Origin: Minisyncoccota bacterium | Lineage (GTDB): Bacteria > Patescibacteriota > Minisyncoccia > UBA6257 | Length of the DNA stretch: 43,767 nt | Reading direction: 5' to 3' | Assembly (NCBI GenBank): GCA_028694995.1 | Contig: JAQVJU010000003.1 | Span: forward strand, 1 to 43,767 | Shown here: one piece after another, positions 30,795-39,980 of the stretch | How positions within the stretch are numbered: the first letter of the stretch is position 1 | Layout: every line of letters begins with the position of its first letter | The notes under the pieces: model-generated | Seen by the model: only the letters and a program-made list of their open reading frames with translations | The model's database searches: none | What the model was told of the DNA's origin: nothing | Position numbers and translations under genes: made by a program

Positions 30795-32834
30795 CTATAA
30801 ATCTATTGTTATAATAACATTTCTATTAAAATTTGCCTTGACTCCATATATTCTTTCATCTTTACGATAAGAAGATCCACTCCAATGTATGGTTATTTCA
30901 CTTTTTTCTATCTCTGGCACTAATCTTAAAACCCTTAATAAATTGTTTAAATTAATGATTTGATGCCCTGAATGAACTCCAAAATTAAGACTATCTTTAT
31001 CGTGTTCTAATATTATTATTCTCTTGCATCTTCTAGAGGCAACTTTTAAAGCTTTTATAAAAGTCTCAATACTTATATGATTACTCAAAACCATATGAAA
31101 TATAATTGTAGAAAATCCTTCTTCAGGTAAATGTTTGAAATAATCATTAATATTTACTGTAGTTAAATGCTCTTTAAAGCCCCATATATTTTTCTTAGTA
31201 TGTATCAACTCTATTGTTTTATTTCCCACTATAAGAGACTGTACTTTTTGCCATAACCATTGATGGGAATCAGATCTTTCTTTTAATAATTCTTGGGAAT
31301 TAAAAATATTACCCCTGCTATCTATTATCCAAAAGTTATGATTTATTTCTTGAATAAATTTATGAAAACCTTTAAAGCTATTTTCTATTTGTTCTTTGAT
31401 TGCTTTTGGGTATTTTAGTAGCTTTGATTGAAACAAAAGCGTTTCTAAATCTTGGTCCATAAGATCTTCATGCAACCAATCATCTTCTCCTATATTACTA
31501 ACATATAAAATACCATTACTTTGTTGAACAAAATCTACTGTTTTAAAATCTTCCAAACACCCTATTTCTATAATAGTATCTTTTATTAATTTTTCTTTTA
31601 TATAATCAAAATGTTCAAAAAACCCTTCTTGTAACACCATAATATTAGCTTCGGGTCCGGGAATGAATAATTCTTGTTGCATAATTAAAATATGCTGACA
31701 TAAAGAATTATCTGCTATCCTTAGGGATGGGTATACACCATCTAATAAAACATATTCCCCGTGAGCAATCTTTTCTATGGTTAATTTAAATATTTCCCTG
31801 TCTTCTGTCCTCTCTAGGTTTTTGTTATAAATAGTTTTATCAAAAGGAGATTTGAGAAATTTGGATATATCAGCTTGATATTTCCTACTAAACAAATTTT
31901 CCAAAAATTCTTGGAAATTATTGGAATGCTTTACTATTTCCACAAAAACCTTCATATATCTAACTTGATATACATTGACATCAAATAAATAAATTTTTTT
32001 TGGCCTTAAGTAAGGTAACAAATTAATAAAGAATAAACTTCCAATAACAGAGGCAAAATTTCTTCCCTGTAGTTTGCCTAAATCAATATTTTTAAATTTT
32101 TCTAAAATACTTAAGGAATCGCAATTGTATAAATAAATTGGAATGTCTTTTTTATCTTCTGAGGTTTTAAATATTCTAGTATTTACTCGATCAGAAACAT
32201 TTTCAGGTTTTTTAGACTCTATAATAGAAAAAAGTTCTTTATCATCTTTTATTTGAGCAATATCAAACTTATATTGCTTTAAAAGAGAAATCACCGTATC
32301 TGTGTTTAATAAATGCTTTGACTCTTTTTGAAATAATAAATTACTTAAAATGTTTAAAGGAGCAAGCTCACCATTGATTGTTTTTTTATTCCAAAATTGC
32401 TCATTTATAAAATAGGAAGGATTTTTTATAAACATACTTATTGTCTTATCAACATCTAGATATTTAATTCTAAACAAACCATTCGGCTTTAATACCCTAA
32501 AAATCTCTCTAAAATAAAAACCTACCTGTTCACTGTCTAGCCTTCTTAAAAAATCGTCCATATAAATCTCAGTAATGGAATTATCAGGCACACAAATTTT
32601 TATCTTCTTTATTTTTTTATTAAGATAAATGTCATTTTGCTTACTAAATCCTAAGGAAAACCATCCTTCTTTTTTTCCTTCATATCCTATCAAAAGACGA
32701 ATATTTATATTTTTCTTAATTTGGGACTTAATTTTAAAATAAGTAAAAAAATTTTGTTTCTTCACCAGATAAAGATAAAACTTTAATTTTTCAGGCAAAT
32801 ACCTTTTTATTGTTTCTAAAATAGCTTTTATCAT
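30795..32834 (-). CDS. large uncharacterised protein with methyltransferase-like segments
   Basis: 679 aa. Residues ~45-130 resemble a degenerate class I methyltransferase (RLLIGYEGKKEGWFSLG ... FREIFRVLKPNGLFRIKY). The middle has IYLFDVNVYQ ... ILYVSNIGEDDW. The C-terminus has TIIFHMVL...CKRIIILEHD. No confident family assignment. Confidence 0.5.
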   Translation of the reverse strand: MIKAILETIKRYLPEKLKFYLYLVKKQNFFTYFKIKSQIKKNINIRLLIGYEGKKEGWFSLGFSKQNDIYLNKKIKKIKICVPDNSITEIYMDDFLRRLDSEQVGFYFREIFRVLKPNGLFRIKYLDVDKTISMFIKNPSYFINEQFWNKKTINGELAPLNILSNLLFQKESKHLLNTDTVISLLKQYKFDIAQIKDDKELFSIIESKKPENVSDRVNTRIFKTSEDKKDIPIYLYNCDSLSILEKFKNIDLGKLQGRNFASVIGSLFFINLLPYLRPKKIYLFDVNVYQVRYMKVFVEIVKHSNNFQEFLENLFSRKYQADISKFLKSPFDKTIYNKNLERTEDREIFKLTIEKIAHGEYVLLDGVYPSLRIADNSLCQHILIMQQELFIPGPEANIMVLQEGFFEHFDYIKEKLIKDTIIEIGCLEDFKTVDFVQQSNGILYVSNIGEDDWLHEDLMDQDLETLLFQSKLLKYPKAIKEQIENSFKGFHKFIQEINHNFWIIDSRGNIFNSQELLKERSDSHQWLWQKVQSLIVGNKTIELIHTKKNIWGFKEHLTTVNINDYFKHLPEEGFSTIIFHMVLSNHISIETFIKALKVASRRCKRIIILEHDKDSLNFGVHSGHQIINLNNLLRVLRLVPEIEKSEITIHWSGSSYRKDERIYGVKANFNRNVIITIDL

Positions 32835-32854
32835 AACTTTTTATATTAATTATA

Positions 32855-34057
32855 TCATGATTTCCCTATAAATTTATTAATGTAGTTTATTAATTCTCGA
32901 AAATAATCCTCAGAAACATTACTTCTTAAGTCTTTTATTTCTTTTGTTCGAATTTTTAATGCTGTTTCTATAAATTCTCTATGTGATTTATTCCTCAATA
33001 GAAGCAGCAAGAGAAAATTACTTTCTAATTCTCCAAACATTTTACCTATTCCAGCACAACGCTTTAATAAACTTTTTAAACTTCTTTTAAAAGAAAAAAT
33101 ATTTTTTAAATAATATCGATAATAAGAAGTAAACATGTACTCAGCTTGCTCTTGGAGTACGCTCTCTCGCAATAAATTATTTTGTAAAATCTTATTAGAT
33201 AAATTTATATAATCATCTAGCTCTGAATAATTACCTATGTCGATCATATGGCGCCGAGTTTTTATTGGTATAATCTCAAAACTTTTAACTTTAGAATTAA
33301 AAATTACTACTTTTAATAAAATTCCTATACTTTCGTTATAAGAAGAATGAATGAAATTGCCAAGACTATAAAAAATTAACTTATCTTTATATCTTTCATA
33401 GCCCTGAGGAACATGAGGGTGATGACCGAGAACTAAATCAGCCCCATTATCAATAAATTGTTGAAACCTATCTCGTATATAGCTTGAAGGCAAAGGAATC
33501 TCTTCCCCTCCACCATGGGCAAAAATGATAATAAATTTATCAGAACTCTTTAAGTGTTTTATTTGATCCAGTACTTCTTCTCCGTATACAGAATAATGCC
33601 CTGGGCTATTTTTTTTACTAGCCCCAAATTCCTCTTCTCCTAAACACAATATCTGAATTTTTGTGTTTTTTAATACCAAAGGGGATCTTATTTTCTCTGG
33701 ATTAATACCAAAACCAGCATAAAAAATATTATTTTTATCTAAAGCACTTGTCGTAGATTGAATCCCTTTTATTCCGAAATCCATGATATGGTTATTTGCC
33801 CCCCCCACATGTTGTATCTTAAGTTGTTTTAATATTTCTATAATTTCTTCTTTTTGGTATATACTAGGTCCTGATTTTAAACGTTTGTTAAATTGAGATT
33901 TATTATTAAGAATAGGTGCTTCTAAATTAACCATGGAATAATCTGCCTGATTAAAAATTTCTATAACTTTTTTATCAATTTTTGGAATATTTTTACAATA
34001 GAAATCACCACCGAATAGTATTGTAATTTCTTTATTATTAGATAACTGGTTTTTCAT
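32855..34057 (-). CDS. CapA/PGA_cap-family metallophosphoesterase-like protein
   Basis: ILFGGDFY ... MVNLEAPI ... GGANNHIMDFG ... IIIFAHGGGE ... LVLGHHPHVPQGYE ... YSLGNFI. Confidence 0.75.
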   Translation of the reverse strand: MKNQLSNNKEITILFGGDFYCKNIPKIDKKVIEIFNQADYSMVNLEAPILNNKSQFNKRLKSGPSIYQKEEIIEILKQLKIQHVGGANNHIMDFGIKGIQSTTSALDKNNIFYAGFGINPEKIRSPLVLKNTKIQILCLGEEEFGASKKNSPGHYSVYGEEVLDQIKHLKSSDKFIIIFAHGGGEEIPLPSSYIRDRFQQFIDNGADLVLGHHPHVPQGYERYKDKLIFYSLGNFIHSSYNESIGILLKVVIFNSKVKSFEIIPIKTRRHMIDIGNYSELDDYINLSNKILQNNLLRESVLQEQAEYMFTSYYRYYLKNIFSFKRSLKSLLKRCAGIGKMFGELESNFLLLLLLRNKSHREFIETALKIRTKEIKDLRSNVSEDYFRELINYINKFIGKS

Positions 34058-34092
34058 ATATTTAGTTTTGTTGGCGATTATTTGTATTTTGC

Positions 34093-35004
34093 TTATTTCT
34101 TAAAAATTAACATTTCAGTACATTGTCTAGATGATTTAGATAAATCCCTTTTTATCTTATAAATCTCTCCATTCGTATTAAGACAGTGTGGTTGAAACCC
34201 TAAATTCCTTAGTCCTTCAACAGCTTTCATTGAAATATTCTTACCAGGATCTCCTGACCAAACTTCCATTGCTATAATAGGTGAATTATTTTTTAAGAAT
34301 TGCAAATCACCTTTAATTAATAAACTCTCACTCCCTTCTATGTCTATTTTAATTACGGTAGGCTTAGAATGATTTGAAATATACTCATCTAAAGTAATGG
34401 CATTAACTTTTATTGTGTGAGAATATTTACATGAGGCAAAGGCCAGGACATCTTTATTAATGGTGCTTGTACCAGAGCTTGTAGATAAATACATGTTTCT
34501 TTGCTTGTTTGTATTGGTAACAGCAACATTATTTAAAAAAACATTATCGGTTTTTACCAAATTTTTCTGTAGAGGCTTAAACACAATTGGTAAAGGCTCA
34601 AAACTATGAACTTCTTTACAAAACTCTAAAGATAAATAAGTATAAAAACCATGATTTGCCCCAATATCATAAAAAACATCATCTCCTTTTAAAGTTTTGA
34701 TAAAGAATTTGGTTAGTTTACCTTCTCCCAACAATAAACCACTTAGATGAAGGAAATAAGAATCTAAATCATTTACATCAAAATTAATCTCTTTCCCCCA
34801 AAATAATGTGGTTTTGTTTTTAATATACTTAAATGATAATAATTTATGAAAAATATACGGAATGTATATATGTGGTGCATAGAATAATCTTTTAATTCTA
34901 TTAGAAAAACCACGCCCAGAATATTTTGAAAATTTTTCAAACTTTTTATACCTTTTTTCAAATTTCTTTAAAAATATTTTTCTTTTATTATCTAAATTTT
35001 CCAT
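34093..35004 (-). CDS. FkbM-family methyltransferase
   Basis: VFYDIGANHGFYTYLS ... VHSFEP ... TLDEYI ... VIKIDIEGSE. Confidence 0.8.
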   Translation of the reverse strand: MENLDNKRKIFLKKFEKRYKKFEKFSKYSGRGFSNRIKRLFYAPHIYIPYIFHKLLSFKYIKNKTTLFWGKEINFDVNDLDSYFLHLSGLLLGEGKLTKFFIKTLKGDDVFYDIGANHGFYTYLSLEFCKEVHSFEPLPIVFKPLQKNLVKTDNVFLNNVAVTNTNKQRNMYLSTSSGTSTINKDVLAFASCKYSHTIKVNAITLDEYISNHSKPTVIKIDIEGSESLLIKGDLQFLKNNSPIIAMEVWSGDPGKNISMKAVEGLRNLGFQPHCLNTNGEIYKIKRDLSKSSRQCTEMLIFKK

Positions 35005-35023
35005 TTATTTAATCATTTTAAAA

Positions 35024-36334
35024 TTATTTATTTAAAATATTCCTGGGATTTAAGAATTGCTTTATATCTTCTAAAGGAAATCGAAACATTTCTCTTAAAG
35101 ATATCTTCGTTTCTTTTTTAAAGAGAATAAAGATATAAATAAAAATCAAGAAATAACTGATTACTGATGAAATAGCAGCACCTTTCATCCCCATCTGAGG
35201 AATATATATAAAATTTAAAGCTATATTTAATAGAAAGCCAAATAACCAGCCAATAATTATTTTAATATTATAAGATGTAGCTGCAAAATATTGACCTAAT
35301 ATTGTCACCAATGACCAAAAAATAAGTCCAGGGAGAATAATCAAAATTATTTCTGCTGACGGCAAAAATGATGCACCATATAGTAATAAAACTATTGGTT
35401 TAATAAAACAAAAAAAACCTAAAGACAAAACCAAAGAAAGATAAAATGTATAAGAAAAATATTTGGCAATAAAATAAACCTTTTTATCGCTTTCTAGTTT
35501 TATTGCTTTTGGTAAGATTATAAAAGCGATAGAGTATGGCAGAAGAAAAAACGTATCGCTAAAAGAAGCAACTAAAGAATACAATCCAGCTTCAGTGGCG
35601 CCTCTCAAGAGATTAACCATATATAAATCAGCTTTTATAATTAAAAACGAAAAAATTCCAGCTAAATAAATTTTAAAACCATAGTTTAGAGCTTGTTTAA
35701 AAAGTTCTGTATCAAATCTAAACAAAACAAATGATTTCGGCTTAATTAAGATAAAGGCCAAAATCCCACTCGTAATATTTGTTAAAAAATATGCGGCTAC
35801 TAAATATTTTAAATTGAATAAATGTAGAACTAAAAAAAAGCTAATAAAAATAATATCAAGAACAGGATAAAAAATCGTAAAAAAATTATAAATACGGAAC
35901 TTTTGTTGTCCCGCTAAGATAGGAATGCTAATGCTATAGAAAAAAAGAAAGGGAAGAGAAAATAAATAAAGAAATAAATGTGCAATAGGAATATTATGAA
36001 AAACTAAAGGATATATTAAATACAGAATAAAAATTAAAATTAAGCAAATTAAGCTTATAACTAAACTAAACCAAAAAGAATTAACGAATAAATCTGCAAC
36101 CTTACTCTTATCCTTAGCTGCTAAATAAGTATTAAAAGAGTTAATTCCTAAAGCTCCTAATAGATAACAAATACTTCCTACCAAAGTGATAACTGATAAA
36201 TACCCTTTAATTTCAGGTCCTAAAATCCTAGCTATTATAATGCCAGTAATTAAAGCTAAAAAAGCAGCAATAATGCGGCTAGAAAAGGTAGAAAAAATAT
36301 GATTAAAAGTTTGAGGAAGTTTATCCTTAAGCAT
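35024..36334 (-). CDS. polysaccharide/oligosaccharide flippase (MOP superfamily, Wzx-like)
   Basis: 436 aa with about 12-14 hydrophobic segments and the typical N-terminus SSRIIAAFLALITGIIIARILGPEIKG. Confidence 0.75.
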   Translation of the reverse strand: MLKDKLPQTFNHIFSTFSSRIIAAFLALITGIIIARILGPEIKGYLSVITLVGSICYLLGALGINSFNTYLAAKDKSKVADLFVNSFWFSLVISLICLILIFILYLIYPLVFHNIPIAHLFLYLFSLPFLFFYSISIPILAGQQKFRIYNFFTIFYPVLDIIFISFFLVLHLFNLKYLVAAYFLTNITSGILAFILIKPKSFVLFRFDTELFKQALNYGFKIYLAGIFSFLIIKADLYMVNLLRGATEAGLYSLVASFSDTFFLLPYSIAFIILPKAIKLESDKKVYFIAKYFSYTFYLSLVLSLGFFCFIKPIVLLLYGASFLPSAEIILIILPGLIFWSLVTILGQYFAATSYNIKIIIGWLFGFLLNIALNFIYIPQMGMKGAAISSVISYFLIFIYIFILFKKETKISLREMFRFPLEDIKQFLNPRNILNK

Positions 36335-36337
36335 AAA

Positions 36338-37420
36338 TCATTTAATACTTTTTTTAATAATCTCAACAATCTTTTCTCCAGCTAAACCATCTCCAAATGG
36401 ATTTTTCCATTGTCTTTTAGAATTGAGTATTTTTTTAGCTGATTTTAATATTTTTTCAGGATTAGTACCTGCTAAAATATTACTTTTAACTATTAAGGTT
36501 TCTGGTCTTTCTGTATTGTCTCTTAAGGTAATACAAGGCACTTTCATAATACAAGCTTCTTCTTGAATACCTCCAGAATCAGTTAAAATTAGTTTAGCAT
36601 TTTTTTGAAGCAGAAGAAAATCTAAATAACCTAAAGGTTCTATTAATTTAATATTTTTAGGAATTGATAATTTAAATTCTTTTAACATTTTCCTTGTTCT
36701 AGGATGAATAGGATAAATAATAGGTAAAGAAAACTCCTTATTAATCATTTCTATACCTTTTAAAATTCCTTTTAACCTCTCTTGATTATCAACATTTTCA
36801 GCTCGATGAGCTGTTATTAGAAAATATTGATTTTTTTGAAGATTTAATTCTTTTAAAATTTTTGATTTTTGTTCAGCTAATTTCATATTTTGAAAAACAG
36901 CATCTACTATTGTATTACCAGTAACAAATATATTTTTATTAGAAATACCTTCTTTTAAAAGAATTTCTTTTGCTTTTTTTGTTGGCGCAAAAAGTAAATC
37001 TGAACAATGGTCAGCTAAAATTCTATTAATTTCTTCTGGCATTTCTCTGAAATAAGATCTTAATCCAGCTTCAATATGACCTACTTTAATATGGATTTTA
37101 GCAGCAGCCAAAGCGCCAGCTAAAACTGTATTGGTATCTCCTTGAACTAAAACAATATCTGGTTTTTCTTTTAATAAAATTTTCTCTATATTAACAAGGA
37201 TTTTAGCTGTTTGTTCAGCATGAGTACCAGAACCAACATTTAAATTGTATTTTGGTTGAGGTAAATTTAATTCTTTAAAGAATATTTTATCTAAATTCTG
37301 AGAATAATGCTGATTAGTGTGTAAAATAGCAAAATTTACCTTGTTTTTCTCACAAGCTCTGATAACCGGAGACATTTTTATAATCTCTGGACGAGTGCCT
37401 AAAATAATAAAAACTTTCAT
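36338..37420 (-). CDS. wecB: UDP-N-acetylglucosamine 2-epimerase (non-hydrolysing)
   Basis: ILGTRPEIIKMSPV, VQGDTNTVLAGALAA, GHIEAGLRS, HRAENVD and TDSGGIQEEA. Confidence 0.92.
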   Translation of the reverse strand: MKVFIILGTRPEIIKMSPVIRACEKNKVNFAILHTNQHYSQNLDKIFFKELNLPQPKYNLNVGSGTHAEQTAKILVNIEKILLKEKPDIVLVQGDTNTVLAGALAAAKIHIKVGHIEAGLRSYFREMPEEINRILADHCSDLLFAPTKKAKEILLKEGISNKNIFVTGNTIVDAVFQNMKLAEQKSKILKELNLQKNQYFLITAHRAENVDNQERLKGILKGIEMINKEFSLPIIYPIHPRTRKMLKEFKLSIPKNIKLIEPLGYLDFLLLQKNAKLILTDSGGIQEEACIMKVPCITLRDNTERPETLIVKSNILAGTNPEKILKSAKKILNSKRQWKNPFGDGLAGEKIVEIIKKSIK

Positions 37421-37487
37421 ATTAACTTAATATAGCTATGAATATTTCCTTTTAAGAATATTTAATGAGCATTAAAACAACTATCTC

Positions 37488-38255
37488 TTAGCCTAAGTAT
37501 TTTTTTAGATAATCTTTAAGATATTGATAGAATTGAGGTAATTTTTCTCGTTCTGTAAAAGGGACAAAAGGTCGTAAATCATTAATAAATTCCTTTTCTG
37601 TAAAACTATCTAATCTTTCTATTATTTGAGAATGATTAATGCTTTTTATCTGATAATACTTTAATTTCTCTTTTACCAAGGATTCTTCAAAATTTACTCC
37701 TAAATCAATCAGATACCATAAATCATACAAATCTCTTCCTTTTTTTCTAGTCATCAAGGCTCTTATTTTTTCTGCGAATATTTCTTCTTTAGAAAGATGA
37801 ATAACATAATTGGTAAAAAGCAATGGATAATCTTCTATTTTTATAATAGTTTTTTCTGGTCTTAATGCTTTTTCTCTAAAAGAAAAATCTAAATTGATAA
37901 AAATTTTATAAGACAAATCAGGAATTGAAGCTGTAATCAAAAACCTTTTTCCAGAGATAGTTTTTCTTTCCTTAAATTGCAAAGATTCTTCTTTTTTAAT
38001 ATCTTCAAAAACATTTAAAATAAAAGACAAAAAATCTTTCTCAGGCATATTAACAGTAAAATCTAAGTCTTCTGAAAAACGAGGAGCTTTATAAATTAAA
38101 TGTATCGCTGTCCCCCCTTTAAAAAAAACATTCTGACTTTTCGGATAAGAATACAATTTATTCAAAAACAAAAGCTGCAGATATTCACGAAAAATAACTG
38201 TTTCATTAATCTTTTTCTTTTTTGATATTTCTAAAACCTGTTCTCGAGTAATCAT
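37488..38255 (-). CDS. abiEii: AbiEii/AbiGii-family nucleotidyltransferase toxin (type IV TA)
   Basis: FFKGGTAIHLIYKAPRFSEDLDFTV is the hallmark motif. 255 aa, and preceded by an AbiEi-like gene. Confidence 0.85.
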   Translation of the reverse strand: MITREQVLEISKKKKINETVIFREYLQLLFLNKLYSYPKSQNVFFKGGTAIHLIYKAPRFSEDLDFTVNMPEKDFLSFILNVFEDIKKEESLQFKERKTISGKRFLITASIPDLSYKIFINLDFSFREKALRPEKTIIKIEDYPLLFTNYVIHLSKEEIFAEKIRALMTRKKGRDLYDLWYLIDLGVNFEESLVKEKLKYYQIKSINHSQIIERLDSFTEKEFINDLRPFVPFTEREKLPQFYQYLKDYLKKYLG

Positions 38256-38261
38256 AAATGA

Positions 38262-38861
38262 TTAAGAAAGATATTTATTTAATAATAATACTGCCTTATC
38301 AAATTGTTTGGTTAAAGGATAATTTTTAAGATATTTCCTAATTCTAGAAACATTTAAAGAATCTAATTTATATTCATCCAGATTAATGGATTTTAACCCT
38401 TTAGCATATAGATAAAGCTGATCAAGAAGAGCTTTTTCTGGATAAGCAATAAGATAATCCTCTATCTTTTGATAACCAAAATATAATTCTTTTTTGAGTT
38501 TCCGATAAGTAAAAATCTGATTTTCAAAAATTTTCTCTTTAGGCTTTTTAGTAGTTATGCTAGTAATTTCATAAGGAAATTGAGAAAGAATACCATAGAA
38601 ATTCAAAGCACTTTCCAGAGAAATATATGAAGGCTGATAAAGATAATTAGCCAAAGCAAAATCACTAATCTGGCTGTCTGTTAAAAAATACTTATTCTTT
38701 TCTATTTTTGTAAGAATATTAGCTGCTAATAATTTCTGAATTATTTTAAATAAAGATGATTTCTTAATATTTAAAACATCACTCAGTTGTTGAAGAGTAA
38801 AAAACTTATTATTTGATTTATACAGCTTTTTAGTAATTATTGCTAAATTATATGTTTCCAT
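38262..38861 (-). CDS. abiEi: AbiEi-like antitoxin / transcriptional regulator
   Basis: N-terminal wHTH-like FTLQQLSDVLNIKKSSLFKIIQKLLAANILTKIEKNKYFL, then PSYISLESALNFYGILSQFP. It lies 6 nt upstream of abiEii. Confidence 0.7.
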   Translation of the reverse strand: METYNLAIITKKLYKSNNKFFTLQQLSDVLNIKKSSLFKIIQKLLAANILTKIEKNKYFLTDSQISDFALANYLYQPSYISLESALNFYGILSQFPYEITSITTKKPKEKIFENQIFTYRKLKKELYFGYQKIEDYLIAYPEKALLDQLYLYAKGLKSINLDEYKLDSLNVSRIRKYLKNYPLTKQFDKAVLLLNKYLS

Positions 38862-38870
38862 ATACTATCC

Positions 38871-38899
38871 ATTTTATATAGTTTATGGCACCGTGTCAA
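38871..38899 (-). promoter_or_regulatory. near-consensus sigma70 promoter of the abiE operon
   Basis: Minus strand reads TTGACA (38899..38894), a 17-nt spacer, then TAAAAT (38876..38871), 9 nt upstream of the abiEi ATG. Confidence 0.55.
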
Positions 38900-38912
38900 G
38901 AGATAGAATTCT

Positions 38913-39971
38913 TTAAAAATACTTTTCCCTAGCTTCTAGATGATCATCATAATTCTCTGAAAAAATAGTATTACCAGTGCTTCTATCAGTTAAATAATAC
39001 CAATAATTATTTGCTTTGGGTTGCAAAACAGCTTTTAATGATTCTATACCTGGATTATTAATTGGCGTTGGTGGTAATCCTTTATACAGATAAGTGTTAT
39101 AAGGAGAATCTAATTTAAACAAATCACGATTTAAAGAACATTTTTTAAATGATTCATATTGAGCATAACAAATAGTGGCATCTACCTGAAGTAAAAATTC
39201 ATCATCTAATCTCCGCCATAATATATCAGCGACCATCTGTTTTTCTTCAAAACATAAAACTTCTTTTTCTAATAAAGAAGCCATAATTAAAATATTATAA
39301 AAATCTCTTGTTTTCCCATTAATATTTAAAGATAAATTAGTTTCTATTGCCTTACTTAGGTCATTATAAACCTTAGAAACAAAATTCTTAATAAAAATAG
39401 AAAGAATTTCTTTTTCTGTTAATCCTTGGGGCAAATGATAAGAATCAGGATATAAAAACCCTTCTAAAGAAACATCAGGAGACATTTTAGAAAAAATACC
39501 AAAATTAATTGGTTGTGATTCATTAATGCCTAATAAATCAAAAAAATCCCTTAATTGCCATTTTTTCAAAGAAGAATCTTTATCGATTAATCCTTTTTCT
39601 TTTAAATTTTCTTCTATTTCTAAAAGAGTTTCTCCCTCAGCAATTAAGAAATGATTGTTTTGCGCTGATTGCTTGCTAGTAATAATATTGTAAACATCTT
39701 TTATAGATACTGGCAGATCAAAACAATAATCTCCAGCCTTAATATCTCTTTCCCCTCCTTTAAGTTTAAAATAGATTTGAAAGATCATGGAAGAAGAAAT
39801 GAAGTTTTCCATTTCCAAACGACTAGCAATATTTCTTAAATTTTCTCCTTTAGTAATTGTAAAATTACAATTTGTTTCACAAGAAAGAGGCTGACTGATT
39901 GAATGATAAAAAAACAAAACACTCAGGCTGACAATAATAAATATTATAATTTTTATCAGATGTTTATACAT
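38913..39971 (-). CDS. mltG: endolytic murein transglycosylase MltG (YceG-like)
   Basis: N-terminal TM and the YceG signature DSPYNTYLYKGLPPTPINNPGIESLKAVLQP. Confidence 0.88.
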   Translation of the reverse strand: MYKHLIKIIIFIIVSLSVLFFYHSISQPLSCETNCNFTITKGENLRNIASRLEMENFISSSMIFQIYFKLKGGERDIKAGDYCFDLPVSIKDVYNIITSKQSAQNNHFLIAEGETLLEIEENLKEKGLIDKDSSLKKWQLRDFFDLLGINESQPINFGIFSKMSPDVSLEGFLYPDSYHLPQGLTEKEILSIFIKNFVSKVYNDLSKAIETNLSLNINGKTRDFYNILIMASLLEKEVLCFEEKQMVADILWRRLDDEFLLQVDATICYAQYESFKKCSLNRDLFKLDSPYNTYLYKGLPPTPINNPGIESLKAVLQPKANNYWYYLTDRSTGNTIFSENYDDHLEAREKYF

Positions 39972-39980
39972 AAAAAAATA

